Of a stretch of 64,000 nt of DNA, positions 9,772 through 19,625 are shown in pieces. Position 1 is the first letter of the stretch. The number at the start of each line of letters is the position of its first letter. The stretch is from sequence record MZ475891.1; one strand, 5' to 3'. The notes beneath the pieces are model-generated. The model was not told the DNA's origin. It saw only the letters and a list, made by a program, of their open reading frames with translations, and made no database searches. A program made the translations under genes and the position numbers.

Positions 9772-11448
9772 TTACAGACTCAGACTGGTGGAGGTGCTGC
9801 CTGATGGGTTGATGTTGAAACGATAGATCAAACGCTTAGTGGTACGCGTCGGGTCAAGAACAATATCCAGAATCAGGTCGCCGTTAGCGATTGTCTGATT
9901 GGTGTTGTTCGTTTCGTCACACACAACTTGATAGCCACGAGAACCAGAGCTACCACCACGCAAGCCACGAGCCAGTTTGATCTCTTCGAGGAACTTCTCG
10001 ACCATCGCTTTAAGCTGCTCACGCAACACGTTATCGTTGGGATCAAACAGGCCAGTACGCGCTGAACGAGAACACACTTCAAGCACATAGCCAACCATAC
10101 GCTGAATTTGAATCTGCTGGAATGCAGAACTCTGATTGTACAGCGTACTCGCTTCCCACACTGCAAAGCCACCGCCACTAATGTCAGGCAGCTTGCGGAT
10201 GTAGTTGACCTGCTCACGGGTCAGCGCATCACGGTCGTCCTGATCATACTTCTGAGTAAGAGCAAGAATGTTCAGAGGACTTGATGCAGTGATACCAGCA
10301 GGTGCGAACCAGCTACCGCGATTGTTATCCGTGTACGCGAACACAGCACAGATCTGACCAACACAAGCCACCAGCAAGTAGCGACCAGTGTCTTCGTCGA
10401 AGATCTTAATGTCAGGCGTGTACAGGGCCATGTTGGTATCGTTCAGGTTCAGCGTCTGGCGGCGATAACGAATCGCTTTAGATACTGACTGCTCCGAAGT
10501 AGGAATACCACAGATAACAAAGCAGTTGATGTGGGCAGCAGCGGCAGCTTTCATGCCACGATGCACGATGTAGTCCTGAATAGGGCTAAGCAGCAACGTA
10601 ACACGAATCTCTTCAGGGTCACCGAAGTAATCCTGATAAGCAGCGGCCAGCTGGTCGGAGGTAACAGTATCACCGTCAGCACCACCTTTGAAGAAGATGA
10701 AGTCTGAGCCGAAGAAACTGATATCCGTAGTGAAGTACGGGTTACGGATGAAACGATAGTTGGAGCTTTCGTTTTCCATAACTGTATCAAGGCGGTACTG
10801 ACGATCAAACTCATCTGAGTAATCGTACAGGCTTGCCTGATAGCTGTTTACAGGGTTAGACCCGTTGATGTAGTTCTCGTACTCGTCGATGTAGAACAGT
10901 TTGCTGTTATACTTCGTACGGTCGTCAAACGCAGACAGGCCTTTAGGCACGGCAGAACGAATCTGGAGCGCCATGTTGTTGTTCCAGTCACCTGGGTTTT
11001 CCAGACAGATGTAGCCGATGATGTTATCATTCAGCGGGTCAGTCGGCAGGAAGCCCAATTGAGCTGGGTCGTCAACGCCAACAACGTTACCGTCTGCGTC
11101 AGTGTATGGAGTTACACGAACAACAGGCTGCAATGCAGTTGGGTCGTCAACAGTCAGCACACCAACAGCATACTTGGCGTTCTTAGTGATACGCACATAG
11201 GTAAGCTGGTTGGTTTGCTCTGAAACAGGAAGAGCCAGATACAGGCCTAGACCGTATTTTGGATCTTTGGAACCGAAAGTGTTTTTCAACACGTCTTTAC
11301 TGCGAACAGAAACACGCTGGTTAACAGGGCCACGAGAAGCCTGTCCAACGATGCCTACTACTGCTGTAGATAAAGACGTTGCACCAACGGAGAGATCCTT
11401 GACACCAGTGTAGACACCAGCAGAGGGATGCGTTGAGTTAACGGGCAT
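9772..11448 (-). CDS. contractile tail sheath protein
   Basis: 558 aa. N-terminal HPSAGVY and GQASRGPVN, RGSWFAPAG, and C-terminal FDPND...LR...V..FL..I...RGL...YQVVCDETNNT...I..G.L..DI...P are all sheath hallmarks. Confidence 0.92.
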   Translation of the reverse strand: MPVNSTHPSAGVYTGVKDLSVGATSLSTAVVGIVGQASRGPVNQRVSVRSKDVLKNTFGSKDPKYGLGLYLALPVSEQTNQLTYVRITKNAKYAVGVLTVDDPTALQPVVRVTPYTDADGNVVGVDDPAQLGFLPTDPLNDNIIGYICLENPGDWNNNMALQIRSAVPKGLSAFDDRTKYNSKLFYIDEYENYINGSNPVNSYQASLYDYSDEFDRQYRLDTVMENESSNYRFIRNPYFTTDISFFGSDFIFFKGGADGDTVTSDQLAAAYQDYFGDPEEIRVTLLLSPIQDYIVHRGMKAAAAAHINCFVICGIPTSEQSVSKAIRYRRQTLNLNDTNMALYTPDIKIFDEDTGRYLLVACVGQICAVFAYTDNNRGSWFAPAGITASSPLNILALTQKYDQDDRDALTREQVNYIRKLPDISGGGFAVWEASTLYNQSSAFQQIQIQRMVGYVLEVCSRSARTGLFDPNDNVLREQLKAMVEKFLEEIKLARGLRGGSSGSRGYQVVCDETNNTNQTIANGDLILDIVLDPTRTTKRLIYRFNINPSGSTSTSLSL

Positions 11449-11474
11449 GATTTATCTCCTTTTAAGACTGGTAG

Positions 11475-11480
11475 AAATTA
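11475..11480 (-). promoter_or_regulatory. motif B (TAATTT) upstream of the tail sheath
   Basis: GATAATTTC between a terminator and the RBS. Confidence 0.45.
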
Positions 11481-11502
11481 TCGTCAATTAGGAGATAAAT
11501 GC

Positions 11503-11528
11503 AAAAAGGGCAGCCGAAGCCACCCTTT
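11503..11528 (-). terminator. intrinsic terminator
   Basis: AGGGTGGC-TTCG-GCTGCCCT followed by TTTT. Confidence 0.85.
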
Positions 11529-11531
11529 AGG

Positions 11532-12611
11532 TTAACATGCACAGCTTGCTTGTTCGTGATCGAATTTGACATTCAGATCAATGGTCGGATAAGCAGCCAC
11601 AAACTCATCCAGACTTACGTTAAAGCCTGCGGCATTCGCATGACCATCACCACCATGCAGACGCGCTGTGTGTTTCGCAGAACCTGACTCAGCACCTGTT
11701 TTGAAATAACCACTACGCACTGAGATATACACACGGTCTTTGTTCTCACCGCCGAGACGCGGCATGATAACTGTGTGGAAGCGATTGTGGTTTTCGTAAA
11801 CGTAGGCAGCGAGTTGAGAACCGATACCACGACCAGCAGGAACAACAACGTGAGGTCCGTGACAGATTTCGTTAGCTTCTGAGAAGAACGCGTGTTCATT
11901 CAAATGCTCTTGGAACTTCTGCTCACGGTTTTCAGCGCGTTGCTGGCCACGAGTAATGATCTGCTCAATGTCACCGTGAACCAGAACATCGATAGCACGT
12001 TCAACAGTGCTTGGCGTGCTCACATACAACACACCGTGCGGTTCCACCTTCTTAAACGTTTCCGGCGCGTGACCGTCGTAGAAGAAGAACGCACGTTTGT
12101 TCTGGCGCTGCCACGTATCGTAATCAGACACCAACTGAGCCATGCGAATGACATTGTTAGCGCTACGACCAGACAGCGACTGGAAGCGAGAGATATGATG
12201 GAAGTAGGCAAGCAGTGCACCACTACCACCAGCAGTGAAAGTAAGCTGTAGAGGCTGTGCACCAATGCGGCGACACTCTTCGGCATACAGTTCATGCGAA
12301 CGGCAGTTGTGGTGGTCAAGCACAACAAAGTTGGCTTGATAGCGCTGCGTCAACACAGCCATCTGGCGTTCGGTCAATGAGAAGTCAACGATGATGATCT
12401 CTTTATACAGAGCGTCAACGTCTTTGTCTGATTGTCGAACTCCTACCATGTCTTCGATAGCTGTGCCATCCGCAAGAGCAATAGGTGCATTGTCTTTTGC
12501 GTAATGCGCAGGCAGGTAATGGATGTCGTCAGTCGAACGCGCTAGTGCGGTGATGGCTGCTGCGAAAGAACCATCCGCACATCCTTGATGATAAATCACA
12601 AGTGTAGTCAT
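11532..12611 (-). CDS. DHH/DHHA1 family phosphoesterase
   Basis: YH..C.DG, IVDFS, LDHH and C-terminal GGDGHANAAGF motifs. Confidence 0.85.
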   Translation of the reverse strand: MTTLVIYHQGCADGSFAAAITALARSTDDIHYLPAHYAKDNAPIALADGTAIEDMVGVRQSDKDVDALYKEIIIVDFSLTERQMAVLTQRYQANFVVLDHHNCRSHELYAEECRRIGAQPLQLTFTAGGSGALLAYFHHISRFQSLSGRSANNVIRMAQLVSDYDTWQRQNKRAFFFYDGHAPETFKKVEPHGVLYVSTPSTVERAIDVLVHGDIEQIITRGQQRAENREQKFQEHLNEHAFFSEANEICHGPHVVVPAGRGIGSQLAAYVYENHNRFHTVIMPRLGGENKDRVYISVRSGYFKTGAESGSAKHTARLHGGDGHANAAGFNVSLDEFVAAYPTIDLNVKFDHEQASCAC

Positions 12612-12614
12612 TGC

Positions 12615-13460
12615 TTATGCCCAATGAGTAAAGGAAGATTGTTCAGGCGGGTTGGTGATTTTGTTCACCATTTCCTGAAGGCCCGCAATTGTTGCGTCTA
12701 AGCCCATCTGGTACTGCTTATGTGCAGTATCAAGACCGTAACGTAATGCCACACAGTACAACTGCCATTCGTCAGAGGACTGGAGCATGGCAATCTTTTT
12801 GCGGTAAGCATCACGCTTCTGGCGAGCACGCAACAGACGCTGCATCAAATTAAGATTTGAGACAATTCCAGTCAGCTTCTCTAACAACTGCTCCAGACCT
12901 TCGAGGTCATCTACCATCAGCTTGAGTTTGGCTTCAAGGAAGATCGCCTGACGCTCATACTTCTGGTCTTGGGAAAGATTACGACATTTATCTGGGTGCG
13001 TCAGCTTAGCGATCTTGCGATAGACCTGCTTGCATTTGATTTGCAGTAATGTCGCTTCGACTTCACCTGCATTCATACCATCTCTGGTAGCTTCGTCGTC
13101 CTCTTCTACGACAAAGTTTTCTTCCATCTCTTTGCGCAGTTCTTCCGCAGCCAGCTTGTCTTCCAGATCATCTGATTCATCCAGATTGATTTGGTGCGCT
13201 TCGAGGATAGCAGTCAGACGGTTTACTTCCGCGATACGATCACGGTTAAACTCATTCAGCTTGTTGATGCAGTTCGTGCAGCGGTCGCGGTCGGCAGTGA
13301 AGCGAAGTTCAAGAGCATCGGCTTCGGCCTTGACGTCTTCGAGAGTTTCGTCAGCTTCTGCCTGTTCGAATGCCTGTTGATCTTCGTACTCTGCCAGCTC
13401 AGTAGAACCGTGAACAATCAGGCCGTGTTCAGCCACAACAACCAGTTCAGTTCCTGTCAT
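12615..13460 (-). CDS. coiled-coil protein with a J-domain (DnaJ-like)
   Basis: YRKIAKLTHPDK contains the HPD motif in helical context. Likely start is ATG 13460, in an ATGA overlap with the upstream gene. Confidence 0.7.
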   Translation of the reverse strand: MTGTELVVVAEHGLIVHGSTELAEYEDQQAFEQAEADETLEDVKAEADALELRFTADRDRCTNCINKLNEFNRDRIAEVNRLTAILEAHQINLDESDDLEDKLAAEELRKEMEENFVVEEDDEATRDGMNAGEVEATLLQIKCKQVYRKIAKLTHPDKCRNLSQDQKYERQAIFLEAKLKLMVDDLEGLEQLLEKLTGIVSNLNLMQRLLRARQKRDAYRKKIAMLQSSDEWQLYCVALRYGLDTAHKQYQMGLDATIAGLQEMVNKITNPPEQSSFTHWA

Positions 13461-13651
13461 GGGCGAGTAAGCTCCGAGATAGGTTTGGCTAAGAGTTCTG
13501 TAATGCGTGCCGGGCACTCTGGGTTGCGCTTCAAGTTCTTGTGCAACCACTGCAAGTTACCGCCTGACGCAGATACTTCGCTACGGAACGCAGGAAGTTT
13601 CAGTACAGCGCCGTGCTTGTTCAGCAACGCATTCAGTTCTTTCAGTAACAT
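13457..13651 (-). CDS. hypothetical protein
   Basis: 64 aa, AAGGA RBS, ATGA overlap with the next gene. Confidence 0.6.
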   Translation of the reverse strand: MLLKELNALLNKHGAVLKLPAFRSEVSASGGNLQWLHKNLKRNPECPARITELLAKPISELTRP

Positions 13652-13660
13652 CGTTTATCC

Positions 13661-14293
13661 TTAAAGAGATGAGGTCATTAAATCGAGAAGGTTTGAGACT
13701 ACATGAGCAGGACCAATTGAGATACCCGCTTGCACTGGCAGATGAACACGACGAGTAAACAACTCCATCGGGTCTGGGCCACCACCAGTCACTACGATAC
13801 GAGGTATCTTTGGAAACATCTCAAGGATATCACGCAGTCTTTCAATCTTATAGCTGGTGCTGTCTATCGTCACGTTCGATATGATCAGCATTGACGGTCG
13901 CTTGCTTTTGAGTTGTTCATAGTCGAAGCGATCACCATACAGCGTAACCCAACGCGGCTTCAAGGCTGTTGTCTCTGAATCCTCAACAGCCGCATGGAAG
14001 ATAGATAACGCTGCCATCTTCGCACGGTAGTCTGACGGGAAGCTACTAATAACCGTGATGCGTGGGTCAAGGCCAAACGGACTTTCAATCATCTTTGCAA
14101 GATGCGTCATCTGCTTGGTCTTTGAAAAAATCTTGCCTTTAAAGTAAGGCGACATTGGCTTAAAATCTTGTGAGGCTTCGACCACATCGAATGTCTCACG
14201 TTTGCCGAAAAGAAGCTGAGGGTCAACTCCCAGCGTCTGCATCTGCTTTGCTACTGCGGGTTCAAAGTCAAAAGTTAACACAATACCCTCCAT
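13661..14293 (-). CDS. hypothetical protein, possibly a degenerate P-loop/DnaC-like fold
   Basis: Alternating beta/alpha pattern (RITVISS, MLIISNV, PRIVVTGG) but no Walker A. Likely start is ATG 14293. Confidence 0.4.
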   Translation of the reverse strand: MEGIVLTFDFEPAVAKQMQTLGVDPQLLFGKRETFDVVEASQDFKPMSPYFKGKIFSKTKQMTHLAKMIESPFGLDPRITVISSFPSDYRAKMAALSIFHAAVEDSETTALKPRWVTLYGDRFDYEQLKSKRPSMLIISNVTIDSTSYKIERLRDILEMFPKIPRIVVTGGGPDPMELFTRRVHLPVQAGISIGPAHVVSNLLDLMTSSL

Positions 14294-14309
14294 TGTTCTT
14301 ATCGGGTAT

Positions 14310-14666
14310 TTACAGTTTCTGCGGCACACGCTGCCATACGGCGAACTTCACGTTCAATGCGCATTCTTCAAGCTCAGCCTCACGTCTAGGCTCGTACTTA
14401 GGTGCGTATTGCTGTAGGTGCACAGGACGCTCTACTGAGGCGAGACTGAATACACGTATCGGGTTCGTCACCTGAGAGTACGAATAGTCTTCAATGATAA
14501 CGAGATTTTCGATTCGGAGAACACCAGGAATTTCAAACACTTCAGGCAAGGTGCCGGGTTCGATTACTGTCCCCATAACCTTTTCTTGATAGTCAACAAG
14601 TGCCTTAATTAAAGCACGACCAACACTAGTAGACAGTGTAAGATTATACTCTGTGCGGAATTCCAT
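14310..14666 (-). CDS. hypothetical protein
   Basis: 118 aa, GAGGAG RBS, in operon context. Confidence 0.65.
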   Translation of the reverse strand: MEFRTEYNLTLSTSVGRALIKALVDYQEKVMGTVIEPGTLPEVFEIPGVLRIENLVIIEDYSYSQVTNPIRVFSLASVERPVHLQQYAPKYEPRREAELEECALNVKFAVWQRVPQKL

Positions 14667-14682
14667 GGTGTTCTCCTCAGTA

Positions 14683-15063
14683 TTACATCAGCGCCAGAGT
14701 CGGGTCGACGTAGGTGTATTGAAACACTACGTTCCAGCCCGATGGCGTGTTTCTGTTTGGGTGATAGCGATAGCCATACACCATGATAATGCCTTTCACT
14801 TTGTCTGGGTCTTCGAGAGTAGGATTGTACTCAACGTAAGACGGTTCCAGTTTGAGTGCGTCAGCGATATTGATTGCCCAGTCGTCTAAGTCGTAAGGAC
14901 TATCAGGCACTGGCCATGAATACGAATACTTAGGCCAGTGCTCAGCCTGCATATCAGTATCTTTTGAAATCCAATCCAGATGGCGGTAACCCATACGAAG
15001 GGCGACAGCATGAATCAGGCCTCGGTTGTTCATGTAGCTTTGAAGCTGCTTGACAGTAAGCAT
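14683..15063 (-). CDS. hypothetical protein
   Basis: 126 aa, GGAG RBS. Confidence 0.65.
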   Translation of the reverse strand: MLTVKQLQSYMNNRGLIHAVALRMGYRHLDWISKDTDMQAEHWPKYSYSWPVPDSPYDLDDWAINIADALKLEPSYVEYNPTLEDPDKVKGIIMVYGYRYHPNRNTPSGWNVVFQYTYVDPTLALM

Positions 15064-15081
15064 GGAAGTTCTCCATCAGGT

Positions 15082-15110
15082 AAAAGACAACAGGCACCGA
15101 AGTGCCCGTC
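15082..15110 (-). terminator. intrinsic terminator
   Basis: GACGGGCAC-TTCG-GTGCCTGTT followed by GTCTTTT. Confidence 0.75.
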
Positions 15111-15134
15111 AGAATCTCAGCGAGATGGCTTAAA

Positions 15135-15605
15135 TTACTTACTAAGTCCGCGCAGCAGGATAGTTGCTGTTTTAACGAATTGCTTGCGCTTATCGTCAGG
15201 CAGTTTGGCGTACTCACGCAGCAGGTCCTGCACTTCTTTTTCGTTCCCGACGTAACTATCAGTACCGCGATCACCTTCGATACCGTCAATGCCTTTCAGC
15301 ACGTTGGTCTTAGTGACACGCATCTTGAAGGTAGCGCGAACAACGTCACAGGCACGCGTCCTATCAGGAGTGGTGCTGATAGTAGAAATGTCGTAGATTG
15401 CCTGCACAGAAAAACCTTCAGGATAAGCAGCGAACACTTCTGCCAGATCGATATGCGCCATGTTATCAGGAGCTGGGATTTTAGCTTCCATACTAACAGT
15501 GAACGTCTCGCCGTCTTCGGTACTGTTGTTACCATCAAAGGCGATTTTACCATCCTGTCGCATCGTGTATGCAATCAGTTGATACAGTGGATCAACTAAA
15601 CTCAT
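15135..15605 (-). CDS. hypothetical protein
   Basis: 156 aa, coupled to the helicase stop codon. Confidence 0.65.
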   Translation of the reverse strand: MSLVDPLYQLIAYTMRQDGKIAFDGNNSTEDGETFTVSMEAKIPAPDNMAHIDLAEVFAAYPEGFSVQAIYDISTISTTPDRTRACDVVRATFKMRVTKTNVLKGIDGIEGDRGTDSYVGNEKEVQDLLREYAKLPDDKRKQFVKTATILLRGLSK

Positions 15606-17206
15606 CAGAATCTCCTCATGCCCAAGTTGGACGGCTGTCCTTTAACAGGGGCTTCTGGTTCAAAGAAGTCAGGCAGTTCAGCATCGAGCGCTTCTCCTCT
15701 CGATATGACTCCCATCCAGTTACGCAGTTTCTTCGGCGTGCGCTTGGCTTTCGCATAACCAAACTTCCAACAGAACTTCAACACACCTCGCGCGAAGCCC
15801 ATCGACTTCTCCATCTTAGGATCGATGAAGACACGAATCACAGGCGTGCGCTTGTTATCCATCGGCGTCAGAATACGACACGACTCCTGCTTCCAGTTCG
15901 GTTCGTTGTTCATCGGCATGATGTAATACAACGTATCCCAACGAGGAACGTTCAGGCCGCGCTGCATCAGCTTGCGCATACCTACCACACAACGAATCTT
16001 ACCAGCACGCGCATCATCGATAATCGGCTTACGGCGTTTCGCTTCTTTAGCTCCGCCTAAGAACACAGCCGCCACTTCTTCCATGTAGTGTTCGTTGATA
16101 CGCTGCACAAGCCGTCGTGCCTGATCAGTAAAGTTGATTGGGATTGCAAGCGAGCGACCCGCATCAAGATCTCGAATAATCCACTCAAAGATCTTATCGT
16201 TACGATCAGGGTGGTTGGCAAGGAACTTACAGAAGTTCGTCCAACCTGCTTTGCCTGTGAACTTGTTGTTGCTCTGCACCTTCTTCGACGTTTTATGAAT
16301 CGTCACTTTAGGCACAAGCTCCTCAACAAACGCTTCGGCAATCACAGGACCGAAGATTGATTCAATCAGATAGTGACGACCGTCTTTACGCTTCGGCGTT
16401 GCTGTCAAACCAAATCGATACTTCATTTTAAGAGACGCCAGCACACGGCTGTAACAGCTTGCGTTACCAGCATGGCACTCATCGACAAACAACGTACCGT
16501 AGTTCTCGTTCAACAACTTGAGTCGCTTCTTCGAGTTCTTACTGTCGCTAATCAATGACTGATAGGTCACCAGAATGATCTGGAAGTTCTTATAGTCATC
16601 GAGTGTCTTTGGAAAGCCATACAACTTCTTGCCGTACTTTTCTTCAAGCTCAGGCAAGTTCGTCATCTGCTGGATAGTCTCTAAGAAACCATCAAGGAAG
16701 TCTTTCTGGTCAGCCATGATAACTGTACGGAAACCCGAATGACATGCACCCGCAGTACCGATAACAGTCTTACCAGAACGTGGAGGTGCTTTGAAAACAC
16801 CACACAGTTCATCGAACATATCCGCGAACGGTTGCTCTTGGTACTCACGCAGCTTGCCTGTGAACTTCACTTTATAATCGTACGGCACACGACTCGTACC
16901 GTTAACGAACTTCACCTCGCTCAGACTAAGACCAGCAGTCTTTTCGAAGCGGTGCATCTCACCGTACGGGATCGAAACGTAGCGCTTACCCTTAATCTCA
17001 GAGTATTTGGCAAGGACGGTAATATCAATCAGACCTCCACGAGAACACGAACGGCATTCTTCTGATGGTCTGATTGAACGAAACTCACAGCCCTTACACG
17101 CAGCATTATCGAACTCGTAGTGAGTCATCTTCTTTATGATGTTATCGGCATCAACAGCCTTAACAGGAATGTGCAGACGACTATCGACCAGTACTTTTGC
17201 GGTCAC
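15605..17206 (-). CDS. superfamily 2 DNA helicase (UvsW/XPB-like)
   Basis: Q-motif LREYQ, Walker A APPRSGKT, DECH, motif III GLTATP, and GLNVPRWD. Confidence 0.88.
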   Translation of the reverse strand: MTAKVLVDSRLHIPVKAVDADNIIKKMTHYEFDNAACKGCEFRSIRPSEECRSCSRGGLIDITVLAKYSEIKGKRYVSIPYGEMHRFEKTAGLSLSEVKFVNGTSRVPYDYKVKFTGKLREYQEQPFADMFDELCGVFKAPPRSGKTVIGTAGACHSGFRTVIMADQKDFLDGFLETIQQMTNLPELEEKYGKKLYGFPKTLDDYKNFQIILVTYQSLISDSKNSKKRLKLLNENYGTLFVDECHAGNASCYSRVLASLKMKYRFGLTATPKRKDGRHYLIESIFGPVIAEAFVEELVPKVTIHKTSKKVQSNNKFTGKAGWTNFCKFLANHPDRNDKIFEWIIRDLDAGRSLAIPINFTDQARRLVQRINEHYMEEVAAVFLGGAKEAKRRKPIIDDARAGKIRCVVGMRKLMQRGLNVPRWDTLYYIMPMNNEPNWKQESCRILTPMDNKRTPVIRVFIDPKMEKSMGFARGVLKFCWKFGYAKAKRTPKKLRNWMGVISRGEALDAELPDFFEPEAPVKGQPSNLGMRRF

Positions 17207-17208
17207 AT

Positions 17209-17757
17209 CTATTTCCTTGAGTTCGGTAGACCGTACTCACGCTGATTGATGATGTTCAGAGTATCGACAAGCGCACGATAAGCAAACCCGCACTTGTCAA
17301 TGTCCTTGATATAGAGGTCAAGCTCTGCGACCACCGTTTCGAGATTATCAGCGTAGCGGTAATATTCCACCATTACGTTTCTGACACAGCGCTCACGTTC
17401 TTTCGCAGCACCTACGGCTTTCAAGTCTTTGGCATACGTAACCGAAGCATAATCTTGAAAACGTTCCAGCATATCATTTAACAGTTTTGAGGCTGAATGA
17501 ATGGTGGTCAGTATCTCGGTCATGCGGCTACGATAAGCCTGGTCTTGAATTATCGACTCAGCCACTTTGCTTAGCGCGTTAGTATCAGAGATATTCAACG
17601 TTCTGATCTTACGCATCTTAAACAGTTTGCGAGCTTCTTCTTGGTACTCAGCCAGAGGCAACTGGAACAAGTCGTTGGTTTTGAAAATGTCGCGGACTTT
17701 TTTGTAGCGCTTATCGTCCTTAATCTTCAGGCGAATGCGTTTTAGATCGTCCATCAA
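17209..17757 (-). CDS. hypothetical helical protein
   Basis: 182 aa, between the clamp-region genes and the helicase. Confidence 0.6.
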   Translation of the reverse strand: MMDDLKRIRLKIKDDKRYKKVRDIFKTNDLFQLPLAEYQEEARKLFKMRKIRTLNISDTNALSKVAESIIQDQAYRSRMTEILTTIHSASKLLNDMLERFQDYASVTYAKDLKAVGAAKERERCVRNVMVEYYRYADNLETVVAELDLYIKDIDKCGFAYRALVDTLNIINQREYGLPNSRK

Positions 17758-18188
17758 TCACCTTTATCAGTAACGAGCAGCGGACTTTCAGGCGTCTTGT
17801 GCGGCATAGCAAAGAAGCTGCCGTGATCATCACGATACACAAGCAAGCCACCAGACGGACCCTCAGTCGGGCATGTGAAGTTAAACAGACGTTCGAGTGG
17901 AGGCATGTAGCCTACAGACACAGCATTGAACGTGCACCACTTGGCAGATACTTCAATCAGTGAGCCGACAACTGTTTCAGCGAGACGCAGATACGATTGA
18001 CGGAAGTGATAGCTGTGCTCGATTGGAGACGCGCTATCAATCACTAACTCATTGCCGTACACTGCTTTATATATCAGGCAGAAGCGACGGCGACCACGAG
18101 GTGCATTCGGTATTTCATACAGCACATCATGTATGATGGAAGAAACGTCCCCAACGAGAACGTTTCTTTTGACAGCAAGGCTGATCAT
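17754..18188 (-). CDS. hypothetical protein
   Basis: 144 aa, overlapping its neighbours by 4 nt. Confidence 0.55.
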   Translation of the reverse strand: MISLAVKRNVLVGDVSSIIHDVLYEIPNAPRGRRRFCLIYKAVYGNELVIDSASPIEHSYHFRQSYLRLAETVVGSLIEVSAKWCTFNAVSVGYMPPLERLFNFTCPTEGPSGGLLVYRDDHGSFFAMPHKTPESPLLVTDKGD

Positions 18189-19363
18189 TGAGGCAGATAA
18201 CCGAAGTACAACAGGCTGTGCGTGTCGAACTTGTAGTTAAGGCTGAACGCCGTTAACTTGTTGATGTTCGCACCGTGGAAACCCATCGAGTGTTTTTCTT
18301 CACGCCCGATAGACTTCAACAGCTCACGCATGATACGCAGATCGAGATGTGCGCTCAGTTCACGCTCAACAGGCTTGGCCAGTGACATACTGTCCTGCAC
18401 GTTACCTGCGTCAGTACCAAACTTGAACTTGATCTCTTTCTTCTTCAAGATGATCTTCGCACTGGTGTTACCCTTCTTCTCAATCAACGTCGAGATGTTG
18501 GTGAACGGTGCAGACAGATCGCCTTTGACAACAACGCCAATCAACGGTTTGCCGAGTTGCACCAGCATGTTATCCATGTAACGGTAATCTTCATCACTCG
18601 CCTGAATCGGAGGCAGCGTCAAAACGAATGAATCAGATTCAGCAGCAAACGAACTACTGTCAACGTGGAACGTTACCTTCTCTTCACCGCAGAAGCGATA
18701 AACGAGGTCGAACATCGCACCTGTCAGACTGAAACGGAACGGCTCTGCTTTCTTTTTCAGATCGCAGGTATAACGAGAAGACGTCCAGTGACCAGGACTT
18801 TGAATCTTCATCGATTTACCATCACACACAACACGACAGATAACGGTCTGATTAGTGATCGTATCTTTCATGCTAGTCAGACGCACACCCTGAGTCATTG
18901 CGTCGATTACTTCACGCGACATAGGATGACCGCCGGAGATGTGGTGCTTGAGACCCTGCTCAACCATCGGGATCTGTTCGTCAGACAGCGGACGGATTTT
19001 GAAATCAGCTTTGTACTTACCGTTCTGCTCTGCGATAGCCACTTGCTTACCATCAAACGTCAGGATCAATTCTTTACGCTTGGTAATCAGACCGTTCAGA
19101 CTATTCGGGTCGATGTTGAACACCGTATCAGTGTCAGCAGTTGCGCCAGGCACTTGATAAGCAACGAACGTATCAGGTGTACGGCCCAGAACGAAAACAT
19201 CCGACTTGTAGGTTACGATCAGATGGATGTGCGTCAGCTTATCATCTGATTCAGAGAAACGAGTAACGCTATCAACACGCTTTAAAATGTCAGACAACAA
19301 CGTGCCTGTAAGCGTAATGTTGCAGGACTTTGATGGTTTTTTAGGAAGTCGGCAGGTCTTCAT
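18185..19363 (-). CDS. putative sliding clamp (DNA polymerase III beta-like)
   Basis: 392 aa, close to DnaN size. Repeating two-helix/beta-sheet pattern. C-terminal HLDLRIMRELLKSI resembles the DnaN FN..YL.D.L segment. Lies next to the polymerase. Confidence 0.6.
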   Translation of the reverse strand: MKTCRLPKKPSKSCNITLTGTLLSDILKRVDSVTRFSESDDKLTHIHLIVTYKSDVFVLGRTPDTFVAYQVPGATADTDTVFNIDPNSLNGLITKRKELILTFDGKQVAIAEQNGKYKADFKIRPLSDEQIPMVEQGLKHHISGGHPMSREVIDAMTQGVRLTSMKDTITNQTVICRVVCDGKSMKIQSPGHWTSSRYTCDLKKKAEPFRFSLTGAMFDLVYRFCGEEKVTFHVDSSSFAAESDSFVLTLPPIQASDEDYRYMDNMLVQLGKPLIGVVVKGDLSAPFTNISTLIEKKGNTSAKIILKKKEIKFKFGTDAGNVQDSMSLAKPVERELSAHLDLRIMRELLKSIGREEKHSMGFHGANINKLTAFSLNYKFDTHSLLYFGYLPQ

Positions 19364-19625
19364 TTTTGTCCTCTAAAACAAATTGGAGAATACCCTCAAT
19401 GTTTACAGCTTTCAGTTGCTGTCCTGTCTGCATTAACAGGCCATTGAGCACGCCGAGTAAATCAGCGCTGTGGCAATTGGGTGCAATCTGATGAACGAAA
19501 ATATCGTCAGGGATATCACCAGGATTAAGCTGCCAAGCAGTACGCAAGGCAGCTCCCATGAATGACGGTCGTTCCACCAGTTGCTTGTTCAGGAACGAAC
19601 AAACATCTTCGGCGCTCAACATCAT
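19341..19625 (-). CDS. hypothetical protein
   Basis: 94 aa, ATGA overlap with the polymerase stop. Confidence 0.55.
   Translation of the reverse strand: MMLSAEDVCSFLNKQLVERPSFMGAALRTAWQLNPGDIPDDIFVHQIAPNCHSADLLGVLNGLLMQTGQQLKAVNIEGILQFVLEDKNEDLPTS

Noticed and set aside
10845-10853. Motif A copy inside the tail sheath gene
   Set aside because: It is intragenic, far from any start codon, and consistent with the roughly one chance hit expected.
13191-13664. 157-aa ORF suggesting a frameshift between 13457..13651 and the J-domain gene
   Set aside because: Both real genes have their own starts joined by an ATGA overlap, and no slippery site is needed.
15132-15137. Extra motif B copy
   Set aside because: It coincides with the TAA stop of 15135..15605 and is followed by a terminator, so it is likely chance.
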